In this document: one piece after another, positions 51,081 through 63,000 of the stretch
How the letters are laid out: each line of letters starts with the position of its first letter
Position numbering within the stretch: the stretch's first letter is position 1
From: Iphione sp. A-MEVVRFRX5
Lineage: Eukaryota
DNA: 64,000 nucleotides
NCBI GenBank assembly: GCA_976226885.1
Contig: OZ320317.1
Span: forward strand, 55,986,001 to 56,050,000
Reading direction: 5' to 3'
Notes under the pieces: model-generated
Told to the model about the DNA's origin: nothing
The model's input: the letters and a program-made list of their open reading frames with translations, nothing else
The model's database searches: none
Made by a program: the position numbers and the translations under genes

Positions 51081-52379
51081 CAGGTCTGAACCCCGTGGCT
51101 TACATCAGCCAGCACCACAAGGGATAGGAATACCTCGTGCCGTTTTACAAACTTGGACTGCAGGATGTCAACAGTAAAGTTACGTTGTACCATAGAAACA
51201 TACAACATGAACGTACAAAGCCAGGCGGCTCAGAGCGTTATATTTTGGCATTCTAGTATCCGTGGCTTTAATAGGGGCGCCCGACGTGATCTGTATATCA
51301 GTGCATGTCGGCGTTTATTGGGAGATGCCCGGAGACCAGCAGCAAAAGTCACGAGGGAAGTTTTTGGTTCCACATTGAAGCGGTGGACAGTATTGAGTTT
51401 AATATCAAGAGGACATGTGACTTTATGAGATACACTAATTGGCCGCGTAAGATTTGTAATAGAGTATGAAACAACACCATGAAATGATTGCAGTAAAAAA
51501 TACCCATGGCGGGGTTGCCAGATGATTGTAAAACTGGTTAGAACTAAAGTTTCAGAATTCTGACCGTGATATTTTTATGGGTAAAGTAGAAATTTCTGAA
51601 AGATACATGAACGAAGTTATTACAGTTATCAAAAATCATCAGACATTCGACAAAGAATGGCAATTTTTGTAGCGAAGAATGAAGTGGTTTCATACTTTAC
51701 ACAGACATAGGCTATATAGGAAATTTGCATCACCATTTAACTTAGGAGGAATACACCTAAGGCTTCTAGTTTTACCCACAGTAGGCTTACACGTTTTTAT
51801 AGTTTATCCTTTACCATAACACCCTATTTAGATTAAGTATTGGTTGCAATTGTACATTTAACATATTCCTGTCAATGTCTCTTCGGACTCGACACACTGC
51901 TATGGCTTCTGTCATTGCCCACTTATACCAATAGACAGAATATAACGCTAAAGGTAGCACTGTTCCTACATTTATATATTTTCTGGTAGGCACAACAGGG
52001 AACAAAAGCACAGGGTGTTTATCAATAAAGACTGTATCAGTAAACACTAGTGTACATTGTTTCCCAGGGAGCATCTAGTTCAAACTAATATATCTTTCCA
52101 CCCTGTCCCTTTCTATCATCACCTTCCAAATTCTCTTCTTTTTCTCGTAGTATTCCTTTCACTCTCCTCTTTTTCTCCTTTTTATCCCATGATGATTGGG
52201 GTTCCAAATATGTGAATATACATGTACGTTAAGATTACCATAGCCAACTTTCTTTGATACATAGATTCTGTATTTCAATTTCAGCTTTGAATATTCATTT
52301 GCCAACAGTTGACTACGAGCATGTACTTTTCTATCTATTTCTTTTCTATTTCAGCATGAATATTTCATTGTTTCCAGCA

Positions 52380-52640
52380 TTTTATTATGTGACATTTCTT
52401 GTCGTTATTCACGTTTGCATGCGTCTATTTTCATCCACCGAAAAGGTCTTCTTCTGCAAAGACAGGGAGCAGATGAAAACATTCAGAAGCGGAGTTGCTC
52501 CCTCTAGCAATAAGATGGTCCACCCATTCCTCGTCGTGGTTCATGAAAAAAAGTCTGTTCTGTGCTTCCGTGACCCATGCCTCTGACCTTTGGTCACTCA
52601 TTCGACAACTAACTTCTTTTATTCTTTCCCCGGCCAATTA
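52380..52640 (-). mobile_element. Possible Gypsy gag remnant
   Basis: FFMNHDEEWVDHLIARGSNSASECF loosely fits the F..R.Q...E.VD.FI.RL...A..C.F gag pattern. Confidence 0.3.
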
Positions 52641-53399
52641 ACCCTTCGCCTCTTTTCCCTATTCCTGCTATGCCTCCAGATTACCCCTCGTGCGTACCTT
52701 TCAGACCTTGCACTTTCCCGACCCAACACTTTCGGTCTTTTTCAGCTCCTCATTCCTCAAAACTTAACCCCGCCTTCACCAACCCGCATCCCATCCCTTG
52801 GACCCCTACTTCTCTGGTATGGAGGTTCCCTTATTAAACACACTTCTTATACGGCGTGACGTGTTGACCGCCTGATTTTGAGGAAGTGACTTCCACCTAG
52901 CCACGACGAAGTGAACCTCAGTCACGGGCAGTTATCACCAACAGTTTACTAAATGCCTCATATGTGTTGCCTCTCATTTAATTTTGAGCGTAGAATGTTT
53001 TACACGTGTCCACATTTCGTATTACGGATGTACAGTTATCAAAGATAATGTATATTAAGGGCATAAATATGATATCATAAAATAAAGTAGGCTAACAGTG
53101 ATATTGCTACATGTATATTCCACATAGTGCTCTCTAACAAAATGTACTAATGAACCAATAAGCTAAAAATGCTGAAAGTTAACAATGTATTTGACCTTGT
53201 GTACATGAGTTTACAACTGATTAACCTCATCACAGCCTTGCTTGGCTTAAATCTCATGTTGACCTTGAAGTGTGATTAGGTAGGTCACGTCGACCTCGCT
53301 CTTGATTTTTGTTTCTTTTGTTGCCATCTCTTGACGCCATGTTCGGGCTTGATGCGGACGCCGTGTTCACTTGTTGCGTTGGTGTTGTTCTTCCCGCAG

Positions 53400-53566
53400 G
53401 TATTCCTCTACTTAGGCCCGGCCAGCACGAGGACCTGCTAATGCGGACGGTCAGTCAGCCGCACGAGCTGCTGCATCCGCCGCCCTTTTCTAAGTCGAGT
53501 CTGAACCTGACGGTGACGAGCCAGCCCCCGCCCCCAGGGAAAAACACTACGTCCAAGCTGCCCGAG
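53400..53566 (+). CDS. KCNH2: ERG-type KCNH channel exon, N-terminal linker
   Basis: Acceptor tgttcttcccgcag|GT and donor GAG|gtgatt; 167 nt, phase 1-0. Encodes GIPLLRPGQHEDLLMRTVSQPHELLHPPPFSKSSLNLTVTSQPPPPGKNTTSKLPE. EDLLMRTVSQ resembles hERG SDLVRYRTISK. The phases bridge the flanking exons. Confidence 0.78.
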
Positions 53567-56361
53567 GTGATTACTGCCAAGTGCGCATGTGGAAATATGT
53601 GTGTGTGTAGTGTGCGGTTGTATGTGTACGGTTGTATGTGTGTTCGTGTGTGTAGAGATGAGTGAGTATACTGCCTGTGCGCGTGTATGGTTCCAAACAA
53701 GCTGTCGTCGAGTGAAGTGAGTGGATGTGGCGAGTGTATAGATGTCTATATATGCTCATGCGATTGTGCGTACCATGTCGAGGTACAAGTGAGCTGGTTA
53801 GATAAGATGATTTTGCGTCGGGTGAATATTTCTTGTGTATGAGACTATTATTCACCAAGGATTAAAACGTTGCCCCGAATGCGTGCGCATGTCCCTCGGT
53901 GTATTCATGAGCGTAGGCCACATCTAAGGGCTTAACAATGATTGGCAGAGGGTCCTGAGGGCGTCTGCATGCCGCTGTCCGTTTCCAGGATAGGTTATTC
54001 TTGGATTTTGTGAATGGGTGTTGGAATGTGCGCAGAATGAAGGCGGCATTGAGGCTGGGTTGAGGCAATGTTTCGGTAAAAGTGTTTCTGAAATATATAA
54101 GTACAGTGTACATACATTTGAGGAGCGCCAGACTTGATATAGGTATCACACATTCTCTTCCAAAATCTTGTAAACATGCATAACCTCCATTATAACGAGA
54201 AATGTGTGTATGCAAGTACATTTTTACATAAACAGCCTTCATGATTAAAAAACTTTGGACATGCGAAGCCCTCTTAGGCGTACACATATTGTTTTTTTAT
54301 ATATAGCTGGGACGTGTGTAAAAATTATATATCAGCCGCTAGGTCCCTACCCATGTGTCTGAACATATATGTAGATAGATGTGTATTGGGGAATGCTGAT
54401 CAGTTGTCCACCGGTTTTGTCAGATATGCATCCCACTAGGGAATACTTGATTGATTGATTTCAGTAATCAAGGTGGCCCCTAGGGGTAACTCTGTCTATT
54501 ATATTGATTATATTAGCATAGGTATACCCTCACACAGCGTGGACTGAAAGTGTACAAAAATGTTATGACTGCATATTTGACAACAAAAACGTGTAGCCCT
54601 CGTTAGCTTGGATATACCTTCATGCAGCCTTGTCTGAAAGCATACGAAAAGGCAATACAGCAATACGGATATGTATCCGTATTCACAGTTCCGTATTCAC
54701 AATTCACAATTCACAATCCGACAGTGAAAATATATAAACATGAACATGGAAAGCTTGTCTTAGCTTTGGTTGATCAGTGTCATCCGTACATGCATAGGTG
54801 GATCCACGTCCGCGTTGTATCCTATCGGAATGCTATGGGCGGCTTTCGATTGTAGGAAACGAATGAGGTCTTGTCTGATAGCTGTTTCTGTCGAACTTTC
54901 TAAACAATAAGTACTGCGAGAGTTCACACGCACGAAGGTGTGAACTGATCATCTGGTAGAGATCCCTAAGACGCTTGCTCTCTCCAAGTCTTTGTATCTT
55001 GTATGTATGGGTGTTAGTGATTGCAATTCTTTTACCTAGAAAGAACGCAGGGAACATAGTTTTTTCGATAGAGGCTTTGCCTGTCCGAATGTATGCGTGC
55101 TACCATGAGCATACGTACATGTCAATAGATCTTGTGTTATATTTTGGGTACACATGTACATGTGTTTGCTTGGATGCGTGTGTAACTGTGTATGTACATG
55201 TACATGTATGTCTGTACGCATGGGTCGGCGTGGATGTCAGACTGGCCGGCCGATACACAGGAAGGCAACAGGCGCGGTACCTAGAACTATGAATACTCGG
55301 GATAATCAGCGCATGGTATCTAGACCCCCTTCACACTCGCGTGCGTATTCCCTGTCCATCATACCCCTTTCTGCTGCAACGTCTCACGGATCCTCATATA
55401 AACCCAACTCAGTTTGCACCACCTCTGAACGATACACTCGTTTGCACAAAACCCTCTGCACTGCATCATCAACGTTTCGTTTGTTGCAGGCCCGACCGGT
55501 CGTCAGGACTGGTTTTGTACCCCACATGGCGAGCTGTTCCTCTAATTTGACGAACCACATGTAACAACCTGCTGACATTGGGTTTCTAATGCGTTTCTTA
55601 TTCGTTGTTTTTCTGTTTTTTCTCTTTCCGTTCCTCCCTCTACTTATCCCCTATTTCCCTTTATGTTTACATCCACTTCGCTTTTTATCCCACGCTTTCC
55701 CCTCCGTTCCCCTCCGGTCTTGACTCCGCTTTGCCATCGCTATTCCAAACTCTGTCGTCCCGCAAACTTCTTGCCCGAACTCATCATTCGCATTCCTTCA
55801 TATGACCCGTCTTCCCTACCATAACCTCCACTTGAACACTGTATCATGTCGCTCTACTCAATATCCCTTTACCCCATTGAATAATCGCGTTCGTATACCC
55901 CCGTCTGATCCATATAACCCCTCACTCTACCCTGATCTGTGCCCATGTCTTACCGTGGCTACCCACCATCGCAACCTCACCTTGTATGGATACGCTGGCC
56001 TCCATAATGTCCATCTCTACCCGTACCTTGTGTCCACCACAAACCTGAAATCTCCCCATGACTGTTCTGTTCGCCACATCTGCCTGAACTCAACTCTCAC
56101 GTCTGCCTGCTCCTTTACCTCACTTGTATTTGTCTCTGCCACCCCCTGCTCTCCCCTTCTCACTCCGTCCATTTTACCATATTCACGCCTTTAACTTATC
56201 GTCTCCCACTGAACCTGCTGCAATCCCAACCCCTCAATTCCCCACCTGCCACCTGCTTATTCACCTCCCCTCTCCCCATTCACGTTCCCATCCCGAATCC
56301 CGCGTTCGACTGGGTGCTCTACCTCGAGTAGTGCTTTCCAACCACTTGCGCCGAACTCTAG

Positions 56362-56582
56362 CTCAGAGTGACTCACAGCTGGCCTCCGTAGGCCGCAGGC
56401 TGTCCAAGAGCCTCTCGGACATCGTCGGCGACACGCGCTTCGGCCGCCTGCGCGAGAGTGTGGTCGATGAGGAGGGCGAGGGTCAGCGGGGCGGGGTCGG
56501 CGGGGTCAGCAGCGGGTCGGCAGGCGGCGGTGGCGTCTACCGGTCGTCGTCGCCGTCGCAGGGACTCTTCCATCCGCTGCAG
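56362..56582 (+). CDS. Candidate in-frame upstream extension of the VTQNVTEKVAQ exon (alternative 3' splice site)
   Basis: Open frame continuous with 56583-56615: AQSDSQLASVGRRLSKSLSDIVGDTRFGRLRESVVDEEGEGQRGGVGGVSSGSAGGGGVYRSSSPSQGLFHPLQ. Third positions are strongly C/G, like the other exons. Candidate AG acceptors end at 56361 (phase 1) and at 56366 and 56378 (phase 0). Confidence 0.55.
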
Positions 56583-56615
56583 GTCACCCAGAATGTGACG
56601 GAGAAGGTGGCGCAG
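56583..56615 (+). CDS. KCNH2: ERG-type KCNH channel, 33-nt segment VTQNVTEKVAQ (end of the linker before VLSLG...)
   Basis: Acceptor ctcttccatccgctgcag|GTC and donor CAG|gtaacc; phase 0-0. Matches hERG THNVTEKVTQ, and the intron falls after ...EKVxQ as in hERG exon 5/6. Confidence 0.88.
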
Positions 56616-58545
56616 GTAACCAACTAATTTTCCACCAAGGACGCGCCGGTGGTTTACCGCACTGTCCCTAGACGTCAGCACATGTTCACCGTAGTTTGTC
56701 GGTCGGGTCCTAGTACCGCTTTGTGCCACTTATCCAATTTGGGGATTTTAGTGGTGCAGGTTGACCAGTCTATGATGGTAGTTCTCGTGGTGGTGGCATA
56801 TAGTTTCATAATTTGCTTTCGCTTTGAGTGCCTCACCTACCTAAGTGATGCGCTGTGTAACGTGGGCTACGCTTTGGGGTGTACATGTGTGCGCGTTATT
56901 TTTGTGTCGTTTTCTTTCGCATCGTATAGCGACAATTCCTATTACTATCATAGGCATGTAGTATTGAAACAAAATTTTCCAAGAGCAAAAGGTGAGACGA
57001 CCTGCAGAATGAAAGACCAAACCCACAGTATAGAGGCTTCGTATATGATAGTACATGTATGTATATGTAATGAAGAATAAGATGGCAAAGGAGCGAGATT
57101 ACCAAGAGATTTATAGGAGAACAGAACGGATCAGAGAAGCGAAAACACACGTAGCGACTTTGCCAAGGTCGTGGATAGGGCGGGGGGCGTCGACATAGAT
57201 TCATAGTTTTGGAGCCTATAATGAAAGAGACCGACAAAAAGGATGACAGAAAAAAGGGGAGCACAGGCGATTGTTTGGTATACAGACTGCACCTCGTACA
57301 TTGCCCCCGTCTGTGAGGCCTCCTCATTACAGCCCCCAAGCAGTGCCGGCAGTGCGCCTGCGCCAAGTGGAGTCACGTGACCACACCGCCTGATGGCCGC
57401 ATAGCGTGACGTGAGATCGTTTTTGTGGCGATGCGCGCGCAGTGGCTGCCGCTGGTGCCTGTCCGTTGGGGCCTGTAGGATCGAAGGTAGGGTACCAGGA
57501 CAGACAATGTGGAAACATGGATCTGTTTTACATTGCCTGTACCAGGTATATGACATACGGGTTATTGCATGTGCTAACTAAAAAAAGTACACATTAGCAA
57601 ATTGTTCGGTTTTTAGGCGGGAATAGGGCGTTTGTACCCTGTGTAGGACGTAAAGTACTTGTAAAGTTTACCTCGTTAACAGTTGTAACATGTTCAAGGA
57701 CTCAGAAGCAGTATATAGACAGATTAGAAGTATTTTATGTCTAGAAAGTATAGAGCTCCACTCATTTCTTCTATTTGTAAATTCGGTTTCGTTGAAGCAA
57801 TGAAAGGCTCCTATCTAGTAAGTTCTCATTGTCCCTGTTGATCATCAGGTAGAACGACTTAAAAATCGATATAGTCATATACATCTTAGTGATATTTCCC
57901 TTAGATGCTCTGCTGGAACTTTGACTAGGCTTTTTGTTCACGATGTCAAGAATGCCTACATGCGCTCACTAAATGCTCATGATCTTTCCATTGCACCTTG
58001 CGCTATGGAAGTATTTATTCCTTTTCATAGAGAACAATAGTAATGGCGGTAATGAAGTTCACATTACGTGATCGACGCAACATAAATCAAAGGCAGAGGG
58101 GGCGTCGGTGTTTTGTTTAGAAAATAAATTAAAACCGGTGTGTACATCGTAAACGGATGCAGTACACAAAATTTTAGATTAAACACTGAAAGGTTTTGTT
58201 CCCTTGTGCATTCTGGCCAAATTCACATCCCAGGGGTTTCCTATCCTCGCGGTAATCAAGGAAAAAGATCATACTTTCCAACTTTCTTTTGTACATGGTA
58301 AACTCCTCATAAGTGGAAACCAGTGGAAAGGTTTACTAGCTACCCCGCCCAGAAAGCTACGAAGGATAAAATAATCTCTATATTGTGACCACTGAATGAA
58401 GTATAAATTACATAAGCATTTACTAACAAAGGCAGAAGAATAGCACGAGTTAGTAGACACCAATACGGCACAAACAAGCAACTTGGAGATACAGCCCTGA
58501 ACGCTTGTAATGCGTTACATGTAGGGGCATATCCTGACTGTAGTA

Positions 58546-58644
58546 ATGATGCTAATTCATCGGATAGGCGCAGGACACGGCCATTACGAAGACCCGCTCG
58601 TGTGGTTGCGACGTTTCTTCAGGCGCACGCCTCCGCCGCAAATG
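58546..58644 (+). CDS. Candidate alternative first coding exon (PAS-less, hERG1b-like isoform)
   Basis: ATGATG start; 33 codons (MMLIHRIGAGHGHYEDPLVWLRRFFRRTPPPQM); phase-0 donor ATG|gtcagg. It is a GC-rich island in AT-rich intron, with TATAAA at 58402-58407. Confidence 0.4.
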
Positions 58645-58930
58645 GTCAGGGTGGTTCTCTACTTGGGCCAATGATCTTCTGTATTCTTACCACAGGGTAG
58701 AACTAGATTGAGAGCATGGAACCGGTTCCATTGTCCGAACAGCTTTTAATCCTCCACAAGGCTGATGGATTCGTTGCAATTTCATAATCGACCGGATTTT
58801 ACTGCTTACTAATCCCATGCTGTGTCTGTGTGTCTTTGAGTACCAATATAGAGCCCGCTGGATTGGTATTGATAGCGACATGGTCATTTCATTCAATTCA
58901 CTCTGTTCCAGGCCCTAACTGTTAGGCGTC

Positions 58931-59133
58931 GTTCACATATAGCCGGATATTTCCGTTCCACACCTGGACACAGGGACGGATTTTTTTCCAGCCTGCCTTT
59001 ACTACTATAGGCATTCACATACATACAGATATTTCCGCGTCCAGATGTCAAACCGTCGGGGATGGGTTTCGTCCCGACACAGATGCGGATTTCCATAGAA
59101 TGCAATGTTGAAGGGACAAGTGCAGACCATATG
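58931..59133 (+). repeat. Dispersed repeat, copy 2
   Basis: Same motifs and length as 16007-16209. Confidence 0.65.
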
Positions 59134-59792
59134 CTGGCAATTAAAATCAGGAAACAGTGTGTCCGGGGCCGGATTTTTCGTCAGGATGCATGGGACCAGG
59201 CCCTAAGACATGTAGAATGTGGGCGGAGTCCCTGTTGGTTGTCGTGGCCTCCCCTTCTCCCCACACCCCTTCGGTACCAGGAGCTGCGGTTTACTGGGAT
59301 CCCCCCCCCCACACACACACACACATCCAACACCGAAAGCAAACAAAATGTGTGGATTATAGTTTACTATTCACCTTATCAAAAATATATTTATGTAAAA
59401 CATTCATCTCATTCACACGCAAAAATCACCCTTAGAATGATAACCCTCAGTAAATGTGAACGAACTCTGTAGTGTTAAGTATGGGATTATGTTCGGAACT
59501 TGCGCTGGACTGTCAACCACGCCCTCTGCGTATTACCTTGTCAAATATGCCCTAAAAGCGCCCTAATAAACTAGAAATCTACAAAAAAAACAAGCCATTA
59601 GGGCAAGGCTTTAACGCATTGATGGCGTCTGTAATTAAGCGTAAGATCGATTGGCATCGGAAATACCAAAAGGACATTCATCATCCCAAGAAGGCGTTGG
59701 CGTCTGTTTAGCGCGGATTGTTGGGCGTGCTGGTGAGAAGATTTCCCCATTTCATTGTAAAGAAAAAAAGTAGGTTCCTTCTGTGCATGATG

Positions 59793-60089
59793 CAGGCCCG
59801 TAGCCAGGAGGCCTTGTGGGGGGTATCTCGAATTAGAGAAGTGGAACTCTTAGCTAGAGAGGTGGAACTCCTGGTTAGAGAGGTTTTCCTTCCTCTCTCT
59901 CTCTGTGCCCTCTCTGTCTCTCTCTCCCTCTCTGTGTCTCTCTCACCCCCCCCTCTCTCTGCCTCTATCTTTGTCTCTCTCCCTCTTTCTCATAATGCAC
60001 CCTTGGCTATAGGCCTAGAGGGGTGGAAATTCTGGCTTTTGTGGGGGGTATCGGACGATACCCCCGATACCCCCTTGGCTACGGGCCTG
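59793..60089. mobile_element. hAT-like non-autonomous element (MITE)
   Basis: TIRs caggcccgtagcca / tggctacgggcctg (14/14), subterminal gggggtatc/gataccccc motifs, internal 21-bp repeats and a CT tract. Flanked on both sides by ATGATG. Confidence 0.8.
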
Positions 60090-63000
60090 ATGATGGATGT
60101 TAACTGCTTTTAGTTAAGGCGGTGGTCAGCCTGCATGCTGCCATGTTATTAAAACAGGGCAAGAATGAAATTGTCACAATACAGCGAGGGTCGGAATGGC
60201 CAAAATATGGTCTCGTGGCATTGTTAGTCAGCAGTGGATAAGATTATTAGAGACCTATTGGTGTTGATATCGGGCCAGTGTAGGAGAGAGTATGGCATAA
60301 ATGGTAACTGCGTGTTGGTGTCCGAGGATTTCAAGAGGGCAATCGTAGAGAACACCATCGGAAAGAAAATATTATCACTACCGGACTTCTGATGTGGAAA
60401 GAAAATATTACGGGTAATATACTAAGGGAAATACTGTTCATGTTGAGGTTGGGTGTATGATTCAACTGGAATCATACATACATATATTAATCATTTAATC
60501 ATTAATTTCATGCCTGGTAGTCATGATGGTGCGAAAGAGGGAAATATCAATTCCCTGTATTCTTGTGATACGGAAATTAGCGGTTTTAACATTTCGTACA
60601 TGTACATATACAGCATTTGCTTGTACCTACAAAATGCAAGTGGATTACGGCGAGACAGTGGCGTCACCTGGTGGTAATAATGGGGTTTCTCAGCTTCAGC
60701 AGCGGCGTGTAGGTGGCGCAATGACCTGCGCACGAAACTACTATATGCGATTCTAGAAATGCTAGCTTGTATAAATAATTTTCGATATTTGGATTTTCAG
60801 TTGGAGACTAGCGTAATGTAGTGTGAAAGGGCACAATCTTTGAAATGTGAGCGAGTGGGAGAGCTTGTTTAACGTGTGTGTTGGCTTGATTTCATGTTCA
60901 TGTGAGAGAAGAGACGGGGATTGTGAATGTAGATGGACATTGTGTCAGGAGTAACTGTGAGTATGGATATGTGAATCTTCGACAGCTTGGCGACTGTGCT
61001 TATTATGTCAGCGCAAGTGAAGCATATATAGTACATGTACATATTAGTTTGTTCTGTGGCAACCACAGTCACATATGTAGAAGGCACATTCTTTCTGGTT
61101 GTAGGATCCAACAGCTCCTCAAGGAAGACAAAAGATGACCACCATTGTATAACTGTGCATAACTAGCGTATCATGCACACACAATGTGAACGTGTACTGC
61201 CGTGGGCTATATGCTAGTTACTGAATCTGACATCCATAGATAACACAGTTCTGGGTCATGTTAATGGCACACAATATACATACCGTGTTTCTGTCCTAAC
61301 CGTAAGTATTAACCATACTACAGCTGGAACGTCAGTTGCCTTCCGGAAAAGGTTACTGCCAAGGAAGGCCTGTTTGTTACAATACAAGAGTCCTTCCCTC
61401 CCGTTATTCTTCCACAACGTTGAGGATACTGTACCATCCATCCGCCGCTTGCGCTCCTTACTGAGTGTTTTACACTGCCTCCACTCGTTATCAGTCTTGA
61501 TTAACACTTACAGCAGAGCACGGCACCCACTGTCCATCCTTCCAAGTGAATTACATCCATCCACAGCCTCCTAAGAGGTCTTTTGACTTCCAGCTGCCCG
61601 CCCGTCACCAGTTATTACCCCGTCTGCCTACCACCTTAACACTGATAACAAATTACAGTTCATTATCTGAATTTCACCGCCTCTCAGAGCGCCCGTCCGA
61701 TTCCATTACTATCCTCAATCGATCCATTGCCCTTGCTAGATATCATTAAATGTCCCAGCTAATTAATTATAGCTACAGGTAAAACTCGCCCTCCGTCGTT
61801 TCACATTTCAGTCCCGTTTACTTCGGCACAACCATCCCTAACCCGAGTAAGTGCATTGTCCAACCCAGCTGGCCACTCATATTTTCACCCCAGTTATTTA
61901 TTTCCATAACGACGATAACATTTTAATTTCACTACCATACATTTTAGGTTGTGCGTTTAAATTCTTTATCAGCCTTATATAATTGTTTAGTCTGCACGCA
62001 TAGTTTACACGACAGTCACTGTGCTTACTGATTTGCACATTTTGCACAAATTCCATTGCATATATCATTTAATATTACATCCATAAAGTGTCTTCTTTGC
62101 CCATTAACATTCAGTGAAGTTTATTTTATGTTGTTTTAAAAGTTTGGATGGATCAAGAACATGAAGGTAGGCGCCATATTCGTCACGCCCCTAGTGAGTT
62201 TAGATGGGACCCCCTTACCTGCCTGCTGCCCGCCAGGGGGCTCTCATGAGTCACGCGACTCCATGGTGATGTCCGTCCATTGTATTCTAGTGAAGTTCAC
62301 TTGTGGTCTGCTCTCTCACTGACCTTCTCGTTCTCATCCAGCCTCCCCTCATTTTTTCATGAAGCTCCTCATTGGCTGCCCGCTCGTGTAACGTTATTGG
62401 TACAGGCTTGTTGTGGCCTATCTGTCCCGTCCTCGCTATCTCTCACCAGGTGAAGACGCCTTGGCACTTGACCCTCCCGCTCCGTCTGTCTCATGGGCAG
62501 TACCTCTTACGCTCTGTCTAGTTTTCTTGCTTATTAGTGAGGGACGTCTCCATTGGCCCATTACTTTTTAGCTACTTCCAGTCCCACAAATTGGAGTCTC
62601 GGCACATTTTCCCTGCTGAAATCTTGGGCCTCTCTCGCAATTTGGGTTAGTGTGTCAGTCTCATTTTTTTTCTCTCCTTTGCACTCGACCCATTCTTGCC
62701 TCTCGCTGTCTCTCTGTCTCTGTCTTGTGTCCTTCTCTATTGCTATCTTGTTCGCTCTCTCCTCCATCGCCTGAAGGTCTTTCGTTACGACTTGCCCCTT
62801 CAAGTATTTCCAGCTGGACTGTCAACATTTTATCTCTTGATACCCTTCAGCTGTCCTATGCCAGACTACCAGGTGCACCTCTTCTCGTCACCTCTGACCT
62901 CCAAACAGGTTGGTCCAAAACGAAAGGTCTCTAGCGGGTAGTGGGTCTTTGACGGGTCTGTAGCCAAACTGTATTGAGTACGTATCGGTGTGTTGCTGGG

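Noticed and set aside
53190-53295. Clusters of TGACCT/AGGTCA nuclear-receptor half sites (also 7915-7995 and 32160-32260)
   Set aside because: There is no consistent DR/IR spacing, and this hexamer is common in invertebrate repeats.
56616-56627. Read-through VTN* giving a soluble PAS+linker protein
   Set aside because: An early in-frame stop after a donor is normal for introns, and there is no other evidence for a terminal exon.
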